Positions 30,691 through 32,000 of a stretch of 32,000 bases of DNA are shown in pieces. The stretch spans positions 2,430,001 to 2,462,000 of the forward strand of contig NZ_CP066018.1 of the NCBI RefSeq assembly GCF_016127575.1, written 5' to 3'. The position numbers were made by a program, and so were the translations under genes. Within the stretch, counting starts at the first letter, position 1; each line of letters starts with the position of its first letter. Source of the stretch: Cupriavidus necator (GTDB lineage: Bacteria; Pseudomonadota; Gammaproteobacteria; Burkholderiales; Burkholderiaceae). The notes under the pieces are model-generated. The model was not told where the DNA came from. It did no database searches and saw nothing but the letters and a program-made list of their open reading frames with translations.

Positions 30691-31344
30691 TCAGAACTGG
30701 AATTGCGACGGCCGGGCCGCGCCCTGCAGGGGCTTGACCGCGGTTTCGAACAGGTTGACGACCTGGTATTCGGTCTCGGACACGCGTGTGACCAGGCGCG
30801 CTTCCATTACCGGCAGTTCGCCGATGAAGGCGGCGATGCGGCCGCCCACCTTGACCTGCGACAGGATCGACTGCGGAATCGCCGGCAGCGAGCCCGAGAT
30901 GCAGATCACGTCGTAGGGCGCGGCGGCGCTCCAGCCGTCGGCGGCGTTGCCTTCGGCCACGTCGACGTTGGTGACGCCCGCGTTGGCCAGGTTGGTGCGG
31001 GCCAGCTCGACCAGCTCGGGCACGATGTCCACGGTCAGCACGTGGCGCGCGCGGTTGGCCAGCAGGGCGGCCATGTAGCCGGAGCCGGCGCCGATTTCCA
31101 GCACGTTCTCATGCTTGCGCACGGCCAGGTCCTGCAGGATGCGGGCTTCCACGCGCGGCGCCAGCATGTTCTGCCCGGCGGGCAGCGGAATCTCCATGTC
31201 GACGAACGCCAGCGAGGCGTACGCGGCCGGGACGAACTGCTCCCGCTTGACTACCGCCAGCAGGTCCAGGATTTCCTGGTCCAGCACGTCCCACGGGCGG
31301 ATTTGCTGTTCGATCATGTTGAATCGGGCTTTTTCGAGATCCAT
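30691..31344 (-). CDS. Protein-L-isoaspartate O-methyltransferase family protein (Pcm-like)
   Basis: I re-set the start to the ATG at 31344, with AAGGAA upstream. SAM-binding motif VLEIGAGSGYMAALLA. 217 aa. Confidence 0.8.
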   Translation of the reverse strand: MDLEKARFNMIEQQIRPWDVLDQEILDLLAVVKREQFVPAAYASLAFVDMEIPLPAGQNMLAPRVEARILQDLAVRKHENVLEIGAGSGYMAALLANRARHVLTVDIVPELVELARTNLANAGVTNVDVAEGNAADGWSAAAPYDVICISGSLPAIPQSILSQVKVGGRIAAFIGELPVMEARLVTRVSETEYQVVNLFETAVKPLQGAARPSQFQF

Positions 31345-31457
31345 CTTGCCATTCCTTACCAATGCCAACCGCTGTCGGTCTGTGCGCCGGCCGCGCGGTG
31401 CCACGGCCGGACAGTCTTATCAAACCCTTTATTTTAACCTTGCAGACGCCGCCAGGC

Positions 31458-32000
31458 TCATTCCGCGCTGGCCTCCGCCGGGGCCGGGCGATCCGGTGCC
31501 GCTTGCCGGCCGGGCGCGGGCTGCGCGTGCGCTGCGGGCTCGCTGGCGGGCTTGCCTTGCCACAGCCGGCGCAGCCAGGCGCCGAAATCATCAAGATACG
31601 TATAGATCACCGGCACCACCACCAGCGTCAGGATCGACGAGGTAATGATCCCGCCGATCACGGTCTGGCCCATCGGCGCGCGCTGCTCGGCGCCTTCGCC
31701 CAGGCTGAAGGCCAGCGGCACCATGCCGAAGATCATCGCCAGCGTGGTCATCAGGATGGGGCGCAGCCGCACGCGCGCGGCCTCCACCAGCGCCGCCTCG
31801 CGCGACAGCGGCTGGCGGCCGTCGCCAACTCCACCCTGGTCCACATGGCCCTGGCGCGCCTGGTTGGCGAAGTCCACCAGCAGGATCGCGTTCTTGGTCA
31901 CCAGCCCCATCAGCATGATGAAGCCGATGATCGAGAACATGTTCAGCGTCGAGCGGAACAGCAGCAGCGCCGCGAACACGCCGACCAGCGTCAGCGGCAG
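31458..32000 (-). CDS. RND efflux transporter permease (AcrB/HAE family), C-terminal fragment; the 5' part lies beyond the window end
   Basis: The frame is open to position 32000. [30 protein letters not shown]...[28 protein letters not shown]...[18 protein letters not shown] corresponds to TM10-12 of RND pumps. Confidence 0.85.
   Translation of the reverse strand: MPLTLVGVFAALLLFRSTLNMFSIIGFIMLMGLVTKNAILLVDFANQARQGHVDQGGVGDGRQPLSREAALVEAARVRLRPILMTTLAMIFGMVPLAFSLGEGAEQRAPMGQTVIGGIITSSILTLVVVPVIYTYLDDFGAWLRRLWQGKPASEPAAHAQPAPGRQAAPDRPAPAEASAE

Noticed and set aside
29022-30737. 571-aa ORF on the + strand
   Set aside because: It lies antisense to tolC and the rhodanese gene. The translation is Gly/Arg/Ala/Val-rich low complexity. 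The minus-strand genes carry clear family signatures.

Overview
High-GC, Burkholderiales-like chromosomal segment (organism not verifiable from here). Most of it is an envelope-glycan super-locus, followed by an outer-membrane/efflux neighbourhood. (i) 2-7726 (+): the end of a coiled-coil protein, a 1026-aa two-module GT4, gmd, rmd and two more GT4s. This looks like a GDP-D-rhamnose homopolymer module of the kind used by ABC-transporter-dependent O-antigens; no transporter genes are in the window. (ii) 7866-15858 (+), visibly lower GC: rfbG, a small SDR, a GtrB/ArnC-like GT2, rfbF, an MprF-flippase-domain-like membrane protein, an FAD flavoprotein and a 645-aa orphan polytopic membrane protein. 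This is my best candidate for an undescribed system: a lipid-carrier-mediated glycan modification built from non-canonical parts. That is a hypothesis, not a demonstration. (iii) 15924-21127 (-): an initiating phosphoglycosyl transferase, GT4, Wzx and GT4, with no recognisable Wzy or Wzz. (iv) 21365-27512: PMM/PGM, waaC and waaA (+), then a core-type GT4 and an O-antigen-ligase-family protein (-). (v) 27869-32000: a META/DUF4377 lipoprotein, tolC, a rhodanese, a pcm-like methyltransferase and the 3' end of an RND pump. I recognised no rRNA, tRNA, CRISPR array, transposase or integrase. Many long ORFs in the track are antisense shadows of real high-GC genes. Several track ORFs begin at upstream non-ATG codons, so I re-set their starts by motif position and stop/start overlap. 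All family calls come from motifs read by eye and recalled homologues; no search was run.
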